DNA from: Verrucomicrobiota bacterium
GTDB lineage: Bacteria; Verrucomicrobiota; Verrucomicrobiia; Methylacidiphilales; JBCBYL01
Direction: 5' to 3'
Assembly: GCA_038748025.1 (NCBI GenBank)
Contig: JBCDJI010000006.1
Span: 2,416 to 66,415, forward strand
DNA length: 64,000 bases
Part shown: one piece after another, positions 18,470 to 28,038 of the stretch
Position numbering within the stretch: position 1 is the stretch's first letter
Layout: each line of letters opens with the position of its first letter
Program-made: the position numbers and the translations under genes
The notes under the pieces: model-generated
The model's database searches: none
Seen by the model: only the letters and a program-made list of their open reading frames with translations
What the model was told of the DNA's origin: nothing

Positions 18470-20868
18470 AACTCATAAAGTGCGCCAGCGGTGCCACCAT
18501 GGGACTGGTAGCCTTCACTACCGGTGGATCCCTGATAGGCAAAATGGAAGGCCCAGCCGGTCAGTTCATCCAGACCGACGGTGACACCCAGGCTGTAGAC
18601 GGCACGATCCCGGTTGGTGTTGGAGCTTTCCACCGTAAAGCTGTTGAGCAGCCCGGGTGTTGCCAGCGACATGGCGAAGGTATTGGATTCCTCCAGGGCG
18701 TGCCACCAGGACGCTCCCATTTGCGGGCGAATAAACCCGAAAAAGGTTTCGTAGTGGCGGGTGGCATTGAAGCCGATGGTGGTCTGTAGCGAGTCCATCG
18801 CGCCGTCGTCAAAACGTAGCGCAGCGCCCGGCGTGCCACTGGTTTCCGTGTAGCCATTGGTGTGGAGGGTGCTGTAGGATATTCCGACGTAGGGGGTCAG
18901 GCGCGCAGTGCCTGCGGAGTTGACCCAGTGATAACCGAGCTGACTCATGACCATACCCTGGTAACCGTCGGTTTCGCCGTTGAACTGCTGATTAGCCACG
19001 TTCCAGCGGGTGGTGTAGATGCCATGATATCCAAGACCCGCAATGACATTGGCAAACCAGTCATTCCAACGGTAGGAGGCGCTCATTCCGGCCTGAGCCG
19101 AATGGGTCGTCAGGCTGGAATTGAAAATATCAATGCGTGCATCACTCTTGGTGTAACCGGCAAAGCCGCCCAGGTAGAGATTTTCCGTTAACCAGGACCC
19201 GCTACCAAGCAGCACACTGCCACGGATGGAAGAGGACTTGGAGCGGTCGCCGGTGGCGGACTGGTGACCGGTTTCGGCATAGCCGGCCAGGTAGGCGCTG
19301 GATACCAGGTCATTGGCGTTGATGGGTTGGATGGTGGCTTGCTCGAGTGGGGGCAGGTCGGGTGTGCCTTGAGCATCTAGAGCAATCAGGTTCTGTTTTA
19401 ATTGCCGCATGGAAGCGGAGTCCAGGGAATCGAGCGAAGCGAAGCTGAAGGAACTGGAAGAAAACGGCACGGAACCCAGTTGATGCATCATCTGATTAAA
19501 CAGGCTGACATCCAGGTTTTGCTGCAGATCCTGCAGTGCATTCCAGAAAGACAGACCAGTGCTGCTACGCAAGGCGTCTTCCAGCAGCAGCAGATCGATA
19601 TTGTTCAGTGCCTTCAGGAAATCACGGAAGTCATCGTTCAAGCCAGTGACATTATCCAGCGCATTGGTAAAGGTGGAGAATGTTGGATCGGTGATCAGAT
19701 CGGAGTAAGCCAGGATGGAATTTGCATCGAATTGAATATCTTCAAAATTAATCCAGGCAATGGACTCACCGAAGAGGGTGATGGTGCCATCGACATCCGC
19801 TGCGGCCAAGGCAGCCAGCTCAGCTTTCCTGGCTGCGTTGATACCGCGCATATTCTCGAAACGCAGCACGTCGTTAGTGCCGGCTCCTCCGTTCATGGTG
19901 CCGATAATATGGGAAGGACCGGAAAGAACCACTGTGGCATTACCTGCTCCGAGCCGCATGGCGGCGGTTCCGCCCTGGATACGACCGCCTTCATTGCGGA
20001 TCGTTCCGGTGGTGCCGGTGAAAGCAAATATACCCCGATCACCTCCTTCAATGATGCCGCTATTTACAATCGTTCCAAATAAATCATCCACATCGATACC
20101 TTCATCTCCGCCGGTAATCGTGCCTGAATTGAAGATGCCGGCACTGGGGATGAGTTCATCAAAGACATAAATTCCAGATTCGGTTCGGCCGGCGATGGTA
20201 CCTGAGTTGGTAATGGTACCTTCCAGGTCATTCTCAATAGAAATGCCGTCTCCATTACTGGTGATACTTCCGGTATTGGTCACAGATCCGCGCAAGTCAT
20301 CATTAACGAAGATCCCATCCACTCCGCCAAAGATGGTGCCTGAGTTGGTGATGTTTCCAGATTCCAGAAGATCATCATTGATTTCAATTCCACCATCCCC
20401 CCCTGAGATGGCTCCTGCATTGATTATGCTGCCAATGAGATCACCCAGTATATCAATCCCGTCATCTCCTCCGGTTACTGTTGCGCCAGAGAAGATATTA
20501 AAGTTACCAGTCAGACTGCCATCGACATCAATACCTTCACCTGCCCCGGCCCCGGAGACAGTTCCCCACACGCTGAGGGTGCCATCAAAAGTGGAGTTAA
20601 TGTCAATGCCTTCAGAAGTGCCTGTGATGGATGAAACCGTAGCACCCGCCAACACATTCAAAGTGATATTGGATAGCACCGGCGTCAGATCAAAACCGTC
20701 ACCGGAGGTGCTGATAATAATGCCGGTGAAGTTAATGGTATCGCCTGCTGTCAAACCTGCAGGATTACCCACTTCAGAGCTGGCGTCCTCGATGATAAAG
20801 GTGGCAGCAGGACTTAATGATGTCATCAGCCCGCAGCAACAAAACAGAATAAGCCTCTTCCATTTCAT
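18466..20868 (-). CDS. autotransporter outer-membrane protein (repeat-rich passenger plus C-terminal beta-barrel)
   Basis: Signal peptide MKWKRLILFCCCGLMTSLSPAA. Roughly 20-24-aa G/D/I-rich repeats (..SGTI.GG.DGI.V.DDL.G..TN..). The C-terminal approx. 280 aa alternate in a barrel-like pattern and end ...GALYEF. Confidence 0.8.
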   Translation of the reverse strand: MKWKRLILFCCCGLMTSLSPAATFIIEDASSEVGNPAGLTAGDTINFTGIIISTSGDGFDLTPVLSNITLNVLAGATVSSITGTSEGIDINSTFDGTLSVWGTVSGAGAGEGIDVDGSLTGNFNIFSGATVTGGDDGIDILGDLIGSIINAGAISGGDGGIEINDDLLESGNITNSGTIFGGVDGIFVNDDLRGSVTNTGSITSNGDGISIENDLEGTITNSGTIAGRTESGIYVFDELIPSAGIFNSGTITGGDEGIDVDDLFGTIVNSGIIEGGDRGIFAFTGTTGTIRNEGGRIQGGTAAMRLGAGNATVVLSGPSHIIGTMNGGAGTNDVLRFENMRGINAARKAELAALAAADVDGTITLFGESIAWINFEDIQFDANSILAYSDLITDPTFSTFTNALDNVTGLNDDFRDFLKALNNIDLLLLEDALRSSTGLSFWNALQDLQQNLDVSLFNQMMHQLGSVPFSSSSFSFASLDSLDSASMRQLKQNLIALDAQGTPDLPPLEQATIQPINANDLVSSAYLAGYAETGHQSATGDRSKSSSIRGSVLLGSGSWLTENLYLGGFAGYTKSDARIDIFNSSLTTHSAQAGMSASYRWNDWFANVIAGLGYHGIYTTRWNVANQQFNGETDGYQGMVMSQLGYHWVNSAGTARLTPYVGISYSTLHTNGYTETSGTPGAALRFDDGAMDSLQTTIGFNATRHYETFFGFIRPQMGASWWHALEESNTFAMSLATPGLLNSFTVESSNTNRDRAVYSLGVTVGLDELTGWAFHFAYQGSTGSEGYQSHGGTAGALYEF

Positions 20869-20969
20869 CCATTCCTTCCGCTGGCAGAGTATAAAGTGCG
20901 GGGAACGGGTCAAGCATCACTTACCGGATAAAAGGTTTCCAATGCAGTCGAAGTCGCTAGAACAAGTAC

Positions 20970-21959
20970 ATGTCAGGAAGGCGATTTATCGATGATATCC
21001 GGGCACAGGTGATAGATGGAGTGTCCTTCGGGTTCATCAATACGGTCCAGCTTCGCCAACGGGCCGGGGTGCATAGTGCTGAGGAAATGGAGGACTATAT
21101 CCTCCAATGGGAAGGAAAGTCATTGGAGGATTTTTACCGTATTCCTGATGAATTTTCTGGAGCTTGCCTGCCCGATACGGGTGCGTTCACGTGCCCCGGT
21201 CCTGTAGCCACCGATTGCGAGGAAAATAATCATATGCATCTGGATATCTGGCTGGGCCCGCAGGGTTGGAAGTCTCCAACGATGTTCATGCTGCATGGTG
21301 TCATGTCAGTCAGTGATGTGGGCTACCGCATGTGGGCTAAGAAATTGAATACGCTAGGGTGGAGTGCGATTTTTTTTCATCTGCCGTATCACTATGGTCG
21401 TAAACCGAAAAAAGCACTGAGTGGGGAAATGGCGCTGACTTCCAATTTAATCAGGACCTCGGAAGGCATCCGGCAGGCAGTGATTGAACTGCGCTGGGTG
21501 TGTAGTGAACTCAAAAAACGTGGTACGCAGAACATCGGACTCTGGGGAACCAGTTACGGTGGATGGATTTCATCACTGCTTTGTGTGCTCGAACCTATGG
21601 TAAGCACGGCCTGGCTGCTGGAGCCGATTGTCGATGTGGATCTGGCGATCTGGGAATCGCCCGCCAGCCGTACCATTCAGCGCCAGTTGAAAAAACGCGG
21701 CATTTCCCGGGAACTGGTGCAGCGACATATGCGGATGGTTTGTCCCACCCACCACCAGCCGGCAGTGGACCCTGCCAGGATCATGCTGGTGGCGGGAACC
21801 TTTGACCGGATTGCCCCGCCGCACAGTATCCGTGCCCTGCAGGACGTCTGGCCGGGGTGCTATTATGATGAATTCCGGCAGGGACATGTCGGCTACCAGT
21901 TGATGCCGGAGAGCCTCCGGCTGGCACAAGAGCGCTTTCCCGCGATGTTTATCAAATAG
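20970..21959 (+). CDS. alpha/beta hydrolase
   Basis: Nucleophile elbow GLWGTSYGGW; the C-terminal FDRIAP...GHVGY is consistent with an Asp/His triad. Confidence 0.65.
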   Translation: MSGRRFIDDIRAQVIDGVSFGFINTVQLRQRAGVHSAEEMEDYILQWEGKSLEDFYRIPDEFSGACLPDTGAFTCPGPVATDCEENNHMHLDIWLGPQGWKSPTMFMLHGVMSVSDVGYRMWAKKLNTLGWSAIFFHLPYHYGRKPKKALSGEMALTSNLIRTSEGIRQAVIELRWVCSELKKRGTQNIGLWGTSYGGWISSLLCVLEPMVSTAWLLEPIVDVDLAIWESPASRTIQRQLKKRGISRELVQRHMRMVCPTHHQPAVDPARIMLVAGTFDRIAPPHSIRALQDVWPGCYYDEFRQGHVGYQLMPESLRLAQERFPAMFIK

Positions 21960-21984
21960 GTTTCAGTGGGCAGTCTCAGAATTT

Positions 21985-22257
21985 TCAGTGTTTCTTTTGA
22001 TGTTTACGGCTGCCGGGGCAGCTGGCTTCGGGTCGCAGTGGATCGAAGATGGCGTTACCGCATTCGGCCTTGGCATCGGCAATCGCCCGCATCAGATCAC
22101 CTAACTTTCCTTTCGGGTATCCTCTCTGTTCAAACCACAGCAGGTAATCAAGCGGCAGATCGTAAAGTGGCCGTCCCTTGTATTTACCAAAGGGCATGAC
22201 CATGGTACTAATCGCTTCGGTGAATTCTTCCGGGGTCACAGCTACTTTTTTAACCAA
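21985..22257 (-). CDS. DUF3820-family small protein
   Basis: MPFGKYKGRPLYDLPLDYLLWFEQRGYPKGKLGDLM matches my memory of the DUF3820 core. Confidence 0.6.
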   Translation of the reverse strand: MVKKVAVTPEEFTEAISTMVMPFGKYKGRPLYDLPLDYLLWFEQRGYPKGKLGDLMRAIADAKAECGNAIFDPLRPEASCPGSRKHQKKH

Positions 22258-22366
22258 ACAGACAGCGAGTTCACAGAGAAGTTTTAATTACTTTTTTGCT
22301 CGGTGTCTGCAGTGATCATGCGGTTAATGGTTTTAACGCCGGCACATAGCTGCTACGTTCTGATTC

Positions 22367-23197
22367 ATGGCAAATGTGACTGTTGTAGGATTGGGGATTA
22401 TCGGATCAATCTGGGCGAAACACTACGCGGATGACGGACATACCGTTCTGACCTGGAACCGGACACCGCAGGCGGAATTTCCGGGATTCGTTCCAGATTT
22501 AGTTCAGTCAGTTGAGTGTGCCGATATGATTCACCTCTGTGTTGCAGATCCGGCGGCGGTTCAGTCGGTGCTGAAGGTCATCCTTGCGGAACTGGATGAG
22601 TCCATGCTGGTGATTCAATCCAGCACGATTTCTCCATCAGCTGCGGAATCGTTTGCCGGCATGGTGACGGCAACCGGTGCTCGCTATCTGGAGGCACCGT
22701 TCACGGGCAGTAAACCTGCGGCGGAGTCGCGGGATCTGGTTTTTTTTCAAGGCGGTTCTTCTGTAGCAGTCGAGAAGGCAGCTCCTTTTCTGGAACCACT
22801 AAGTCGCAAACGGTTTGTGCTGGGCAGTCCGCAGCAGGCGGCGGCTATTAAGCTGTCCATGAATCTGCAGATTGCAGCAGTATCGCAGGCACTGACAGAA
22901 GGCTATCATCTGGCACATCAGTTCGGGCTCTCGCACGAGCAGTTCTATGAGGTGCTGCAGGAAAATGTTGCGTATTCAGGTTTGGCAAAACTCAAAGAGC
23001 CCAAACTGAAAGCCAGCGACTATTCACCGCAGTTTTCGGTCAAACATATGCGCAAGGATCTGGGACTGGCGCTGGATGCGGCGGCCGAGCTTTCGCTGCA
23101 GCTCACTCAGCGGACGAAAGAGATTTATGACGCAGGTGCAGATGCCGGACTGGGGAATAAGGACTTCATTGCTTTAGAGCAGTTGATTCAAGGATAA
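22367..23197 (+). CDS. NAD(P)-dependent oxidoreductase, 3-hydroxyisobutyrate/6-phosphogluconate dehydrogenase-like
   Basis: N-terminal VTVVGLGIIGSIWA Rossmann fold, and a C-terminal all-helical domain with the KDLGLALD motif. Confidence 0.8.
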   Translation: MANVTVVGLGIIGSIWAKHYADDGHTVLTWNRTPQAEFPGFVPDLVQSVECADMIHLCVADPAAVQSVLKVILAELDESMLVIQSSTISPSAAESFAGMVTATGARYLEAPFTGSKPAAESRDLVFFQGGSSVAVEKAAPFLEPLSRKRFVLGSPQQAAAIKLSMNLQIAAVSQALTEGYHLAHQFGLSHEQFYEVLQENVAYSGLAKLKEPKLKASDYSPQFSVKHMRKDLGLALDAAAELSLQLTQRTKEIYDAGADAGLGNKDFIALEQLIQG

Positions 23198-23202
23198 GCG
23201 GT

Positions 23203-25326
23203 ATGCTGGTATCCGTAAAACAGTGGGCATGGAGAGGATCGTTAGGAATGGCAGCCCTGCTGCTGTTATTGATACCTGCTTTGTTGCTCACTTACTGGAT
23301 AGCTTATGGAGATTTTAAAAACTGGGCTGAGAGTGAAGGCTTCCGTGCCATGCTGTCGCATCAGGTTTCCCGGGCACTCAAGGTGCAGGGGGATTTTGGA
23401 AGGATCTCACTGGTCGAGGATCTGACTGCTGAGGTGACCTCGTTTGAAAGTGTCGGGCGTGCCGGCGAGGCGATTGGATCCATGAATGCCTATGACGTGC
23501 GGGGAACGTTTAATCCGTGGGCGATTTTCAGGAGTGTCTGGGAGATTAAGCGGGTGGATATTGCGCGGGGATCATTCAGACTCAGGCTGCCGGATGATGC
23601 GCTCAAGCAACCGCTGCCACAGGGTAAGAAACCCTGGTATAATTTTCTGATGCCGCGGCGCTTCTACTGTGGAGAGATTGTCTGTTCCCATGCGGATGTG
23701 ATTTTTCCGTTCCAGGGAACGGAAGGGCGCTTAAGCGGGTTGCACCTGAGTGCAACGATGATCGGGCAGGATTTCAAGTACGACTGCCGCGATGGACTGC
23801 TGGAATTCCCTTATTTCCCGACGATGCACGTGGATGAACTCAAGATGTTCATTACGCGGGACAAAGCTGAAATTGAGCAAGCCCGTTTACGTGGAGTCGA
23901 TGGCGATCCTGCCACTGCTGAAATCGAGGCTCGCATTGGAATGCGGCAGGATAAGAGTATCCGCGCTAGAGTAAAAACCGGCCAGATGCCGCTTGCCGGG
24001 ATTTTACCTCCGGAGCTGCAGGGCAAACTCAGTGGACGATTGAATGGAGATGTTTTCTGGCACACGGATGAAACGGGGAAAAACATCCATGCTGGCGGTC
24101 AGGTCCGGTTGAAAGAATCGCTGATGCAGCGCTGGTCCTGGCTGGATGAGTTAGCCCGAGTGCATGGGAATCAGGAACTGAGATCCTTTGAATTTGAGGA
24201 AGTATTCTGTGATTTTGAAATTAAAGACAGTCGTTTTGAGGCAAAGCAACTCAAGGTGGAGGCGCCGGAGAGTTTTTCGCTGACGGGGACAGCTGTCTAT
24301 GACTGGGACCGGAAACGGGGAAAGATCCAGTTGGAGATTTTGGAGCTGCCGCTGCGCAAATGGCTGCCGGCAGAAGTAAAAGCCCGGGTGGAGGGACATG
24401 CGAATGCCAAGTTGGAGTGGGAAGGTCATGTGGAACATTCTGAAAAGATGAAAGCCCGTGGGCAGATTGATCTGGTGGATGCGGTGTTTCATAATCCAGT
24501 GCGTTTTGAGGCGGTCCTGGCACCCTATGGCATTCAGGTGCCCAAGATGCTGGATCTGCAAAACGGGGAATTCGATTTTATTTATGACCGGGGTGCCTTC
24601 AAGGTGCAGCAGGCATCTTTTGAAACTGTCGACACAGGACGACTTAACTTTCAGGCAAACTGGAACGGACAGGATCGGTTGACGCTCAATGGTGTGGTGG
24701 ATCAAATTGACCTGCATCAATGGATGCAGGAAGAAGCAGGCAGTGACATCCACGGGATTCTGAGTATTTCCGGAGACTGGAGTTGCCCGGGATGGGATCT
24801 GGAAAAAGGTAGCGGAGCCGGCACGCTCAAACTTACCAGAGCCTGTTTCCGGGGGTGGGGAATCCAGCGGACGCTGGTGCGTTTCTTGAAGGATGAGTCC
24901 TGGCTCACGATGGATGTGGAACCTGTTACGGTCCATTGGCAGGCAAACCACGGGCAGTTTGAATTTTCATCCATTGATATATTAGCTCCCGGTAAAATGG
25001 GTATCCGCGGCACCTTAAAGCAGGGGCTGAATGATGAACTGTCCGGGGTGATCTGGTTGGGAATGCCGGGCAAAAATCTGACCTGGCTGCCCGGAGCAAC
25101 CGACCGGGTCTTCATTAAAGAGCAAGATGGGCTGCACTGGATGAAAGTGACGATGTCCGGCACAGTCGAGGCACCGGAGCATGATCTGGATGACCAGATA
25201 CTCAGGCAGCTGCTGCGACATCCGCTGGCACTGCTTGGGCTGGGGCTACGCGGGGTCAGTTGGTGGGCTGGTGATCTGCTAGGCACTTATAAAGCACCGC
25301 AAGTGCTACCTGCCTGCCAGAAGTGA
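23203..25326 (+). CDS. large membrane-anchored hypothetical protein (possibly AsmA-like)
   Basis: Single N-terminal TM (GMAALLLLLIPALLLTYWIAY) followed by about 670 aa with no motif I recognise. Codon usage matches the neighbours, and the gene starts 5 nt after the preceding gene. Confidence 0.5.
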   Translation: MLVSVKQWAWRGSLGMAALLLLLIPALLLTYWIAYGDFKNWAESEGFRAMLSHQVSRALKVQGDFGRISLVEDLTAEVTSFESVGRAGEAIGSMNAYDVRGTFNPWAIFRSVWEIKRVDIARGSFRLRLPDDALKQPLPQGKKPWYNFLMPRRFYCGEIVCSHADVIFPFQGTEGRLSGLHLSATMIGQDFKYDCRDGLLEFPYFPTMHVDELKMFITRDKAEIEQARLRGVDGDPATAEIEARIGMRQDKSIRARVKTGQMPLAGILPPELQGKLSGRLNGDVFWHTDETGKNIHAGGQVRLKESLMQRWSWLDELARVHGNQELRSFEFEEVFCDFEIKDSRFEAKQLKVEAPESFSLTGTAVYDWDRKRGKIQLEILELPLRKWLPAEVKARVEGHANAKLEWEGHVEHSEKMKARGQIDLVDAVFHNPVRFEAVLAPYGIQVPKMLDLQNGEFDFIYDRGAFKVQQASFETVDTGRLNFQANWNGQDRLTLNGVVDQIDLHQWMQEEAGSDIHGILSISGDWSCPGWDLEKGSGAGTLKLTRACFRGWGIQRTLVRFLKDESWLTMDVEPVTVHWQANHGQFEFSSIDILAPGKMGIRGTLKQGLNDELSGVIWLGMPGKNLTWLPGATDRVFIKEQDGLHWMKVTMSGTVEAPEHDLDDQILRQLLRHPLALLGLGLRGVSWWAGDLLGTYKAPQVLPACQK

Positions 25327-25371
25327 TATCTCATGTCGACGAATGCCTCCAGACAGGCATGGTAGGGTGCT

Positions 25372-27915
25372 GTGTTACCGATTTACGACATCCAGAATCA
25401 ACTGCTTGTCGCCTTTGAAGGTGATTCGAGTCGAGTGGTGATTGAAGCGCCAACCGGTTCGGGTAAGTCGACGCAAGTGCCGCAGATGTTACTGGATGCC
25501 GGGTTGGCTGGTGAGGGGCAGATTGTGGTGCTACAACCGCGGCGACTGGCTGCTCGCGTGCTGGCGAACCGGGTGGCCGAGGAGCGGGAGGAACGCACCG
25601 GGCAGACGGTGGGTTATGAAGTGCGATTCGAACGGTGTGTCAGTAAATCCACTCGCATCCGTTACATTACCGAAGGGGTATTATTACGGGCGATGCTGGA
25701 GGATCCCCGGCTCTCGAACATCTCAGTGATTCTCTTTGATGAGTTTCATGAACGCCACCTCTATGGTGACCTGTCTTTGGCGATGGTGAAGCAACTGCAG
25801 CAGGAGTCGCGACCGGACCTCAAAATCGGTGTGATGTCGGCGACGTTGCAGAGTGACTTACTTAACGACTATCTGGCTCCCTGTGTTGAGGTGAATTCGG
25901 AAGGGCGCATGTTCCCAGTCGAGGTGGAGTATTTGTCCAAAGCTCCACGTGGTGATGTCTGGGATGAGGCTGCTGCGGCCTGGAAGAAGTGTGCGCAGCA
26001 AGGACTGGAAGGCGATGTGCTGATTTTCATGCCCGGCAGCTATGAGATCGACCGGACGTTGCGGGCGATTGAGAACTGGCAGGAATCGCGTAACTGGGAA
26101 CAGCATGCGCTGCATGCAGAACTACCGCCGGAACGACAGGATGCCGCATTGAAATCCTACGACCGCCAAAAGGTGATTGTTTCGACCAATGTAGCCGAGA
26201 CCTCACTGACGATTAACGGGATCCGGACGGTTATCGATTCCGGGCTGGTGCGGCAGGCGCGGTTTGATCCGAATCGTGGATTCGATGCCTTAACGATCGA
26301 TAAGATCAGTCATGCGTCGGCCGAGCAACGCCAAGGGCGGGCGGGCCGGACAGCACCGGGGCGTTGCATCCGGCTGTGGACTGAAGCGGATCATCGGTCG
26401 CATCCGGCCGCCACGGCGCCGGAGATCAAGCGGGTGGATCTGGCGGAAGTGTTACTGACTCTGCATGGACTGGGCGTGGAGGATCCCCGAGCATTCGACT
26501 GGGTAGAAGCTCCTTTAGAGAAATCGCTCGCCCGGGCAGAACAATTGCTTAGTGACCTCGGTGCAATTACTGAAGTAAGCAGTGGGCAGCGAGTAGTGAG
26601 TCGTCTTACAGAAACAGGTAAGCGGATGTTACGTTTTCCGGTTCATCCTCGTTTTTCCCGCATGCTGATTGAGGCGGGAGAGCGGAAGTGTGTGCAGCCG
26701 GTGGCGATCATTGCAGCACTGTGTCAGGGGAAACCGCTGATGATTCGCAAGGTGGATAAACGAGTGGTGGAGCGACGTGATGACGTGCTGGGGGAAGAAA
26801 CGCTTTCGGACTTTTCCCGGGAGTTGCGGGCGTTTGAGTATGTGCGAAATAAAAAGTTCCACGCACCAACCTGTCGAGAGCTGGGGATTCATATTGCAAC
26901 GGCTCGGCAGACCGAACGACTGGCAGTGCGGTTGATCCGGCAGGCGGAGTCGGCAGGGCTTTCGCTTGAGGATACTTCCGTGAGTGAGGCCGACATTCGA
27001 AAGTGTATGCTGGTGGGTTTTGCCGACCAGGTGGCGCGGCGTAAGGACGGCGGAACGTTGCGCTGTGAGCTGGTGCATCGAAGGCGCGGGGAGATTGAAC
27101 GGGGCAGTCTGGTGCGGGATGCAACCTTTGTGGTGGCGGCCGAAATCACGGAAGTCGAAAAGACCAAGGGCAATCTGGATGTGTTACTGCGGCGACTGAC
27201 GGCAGTCGATCCCGCATGGCTGACGGAATTGTTCCCTGGCGAGTGTGTATCTCAGGATCAGATGTTCTTTGATGCGTCGACCCGGCGTGTTTTAGCCACG
27301 CGTGGTACGGTATTCCGGGAACTGGTGGTGGAAAGCTCCGGTGCAGCCGATCCGGATCCGTCCGAGGCAGCGCGACTGCTGGCCGAACAGGTGCTCGCCG
27401 GTAAACTGGTCTTGAAGCAATGGACCGATGCAGTAGATCAGTGGATTGTGCGGTTGAACTGTCTGGCCGAGTGGTATCCGGAAGCTGAGCTGACTGCAAT
27501 AGATACGGATGCCAAACAGAGTCTGGTGGAGCAGATCTGTTTCGGTGCATTTTCCTATAAGGAAATCAAAGACCGGCAGGTGATGCCGGTGGTGAAGAGC
27601 TGGCTCTCGGAACCGCAGCAAATACTGTTGGAGCAAATGGTGCCTGAACGCTATCGCACGCCGGATGGGAAGCATTTGAAGCTGCGTTATCAGGAAGGTA
27701 AGCCGCCGGTTCTGGCAGCCAAAATCCAGAACCTTTACGATATGCAAGCACATCCGGTCTTAGTCAACGGGAACATATCCGTAGTGCTTGAGATTCTGGC
27801 GCCTAATTTCCGTCCGATTCAGGTAACTCAGGACCTGCCGGGTTTTTGGCAGGATACCTATCACAAGATTAAACCTGAACTGGCACGGCGTTATCCAAAG
27901 CATGAGTGGCGCTAG
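25372..27915 (+). CDS. hrpB: ATP-dependent RNA helicase HrpB (DEAH-box)
   Basis: APTGSGKST, DEFHER, SATL, TNVAETSLTI and QRQGRAGR motifs. The 847-aa length includes the HrpB C-terminal domain. Confidence 0.92.
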   Translation: MLPIYDIQNQLLVAFEGDSSRVVIEAPTGSGKSTQVPQMLLDAGLAGEGQIVVLQPRRLAARVLANRVAEEREERTGQTVGYEVRFERCVSKSTRIRYITEGVLLRAMLEDPRLSNISVILFDEFHERHLYGDLSLAMVKQLQQESRPDLKIGVMSATLQSDLLNDYLAPCVEVNSEGRMFPVEVEYLSKAPRGDVWDEAAAAWKKCAQQGLEGDVLIFMPGSYEIDRTLRAIENWQESRNWEQHALHAELPPERQDAALKSYDRQKVIVSTNVAETSLTINGIRTVIDSGLVRQARFDPNRGFDALTIDKISHASAEQRQGRAGRTAPGRCIRLWTEADHRSHPAATAPEIKRVDLAEVLLTLHGLGVEDPRAFDWVEAPLEKSLARAEQLLSDLGAITEVSSGQRVVSRLTETGKRMLRFPVHPRFSRMLIEAGERKCVQPVAIIAALCQGKPLMIRKVDKRVVERRDDVLGEETLSDFSRELRAFEYVRNKKFHAPTCRELGIHIATARQTERLAVRLIRQAESAGLSLEDTSVSEADIRKCMLVGFADQVARRKDGGTLRCELVHRRRGEIERGSLVRDATFVVAAEITEVEKTKGNLDVLLRRLTAVDPAWLTELFPGECVSQDQMFFDASTRRVLATRGTVFRELVVESSGAADPDPSEAARLLAEQVLAGKLVLKQWTDAVDQWIVRLNCLAEWYPEAELTAIDTDAKQSLVEQICFGAFSYKEIKDRQVMPVVKSWLSEPQQILLEQMVPERYRTPDGKHLKLRYQEGKPPVLAAKIQNLYDMQAHPVLVNGNISVVLEILAPNFRPIQVTQDLPGFWQDTYHKIKPELARRYPKHEWR

Positions 27916-28038
27916 CAGATGGAACCACCCTTTCCTGCCGCTCTTGAACGCAAGGCACAACACGATCGGTCAGCACTTTTTCAGTCTGGAAATGAGGTGA
28001 GCAGGCAGGTCTATTTTCAGAAGCCTTTACCTTTACCT

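Noticed and set aside
18466-20913. Checked periodic DNA repeats here, and the K-rich repeat DNA at 56850-56990, as possible CRISPR or tandem-repeat arrays.
   Set aside because: The repeats are in-frame coding repeats of proteins (autotransporter passenger, Lys-rich tail). There is no repeat-spacer architecture and there are no cas genes anywhere in the window.
20195-20995. 266-aa Pro/Ser-rich + strand ORF, with companions at 19402-20082 and 19760-20170.
   Set aside because: These are antisense shadows of the repeat-rich autotransporter gene. Their composition mirrors the Gly/Asp/Ile repeats on the other strand.
24151-24951. 266-aa minus-strand ORF inside 23203-25326, and a 189-aa ORF at 24717-25286.
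   Set aside because: They overlap the longer, better-behaved + strand ORF, have no motifs, and are Arg/Pro/Ser-rich in the manner typical of antisense frames.
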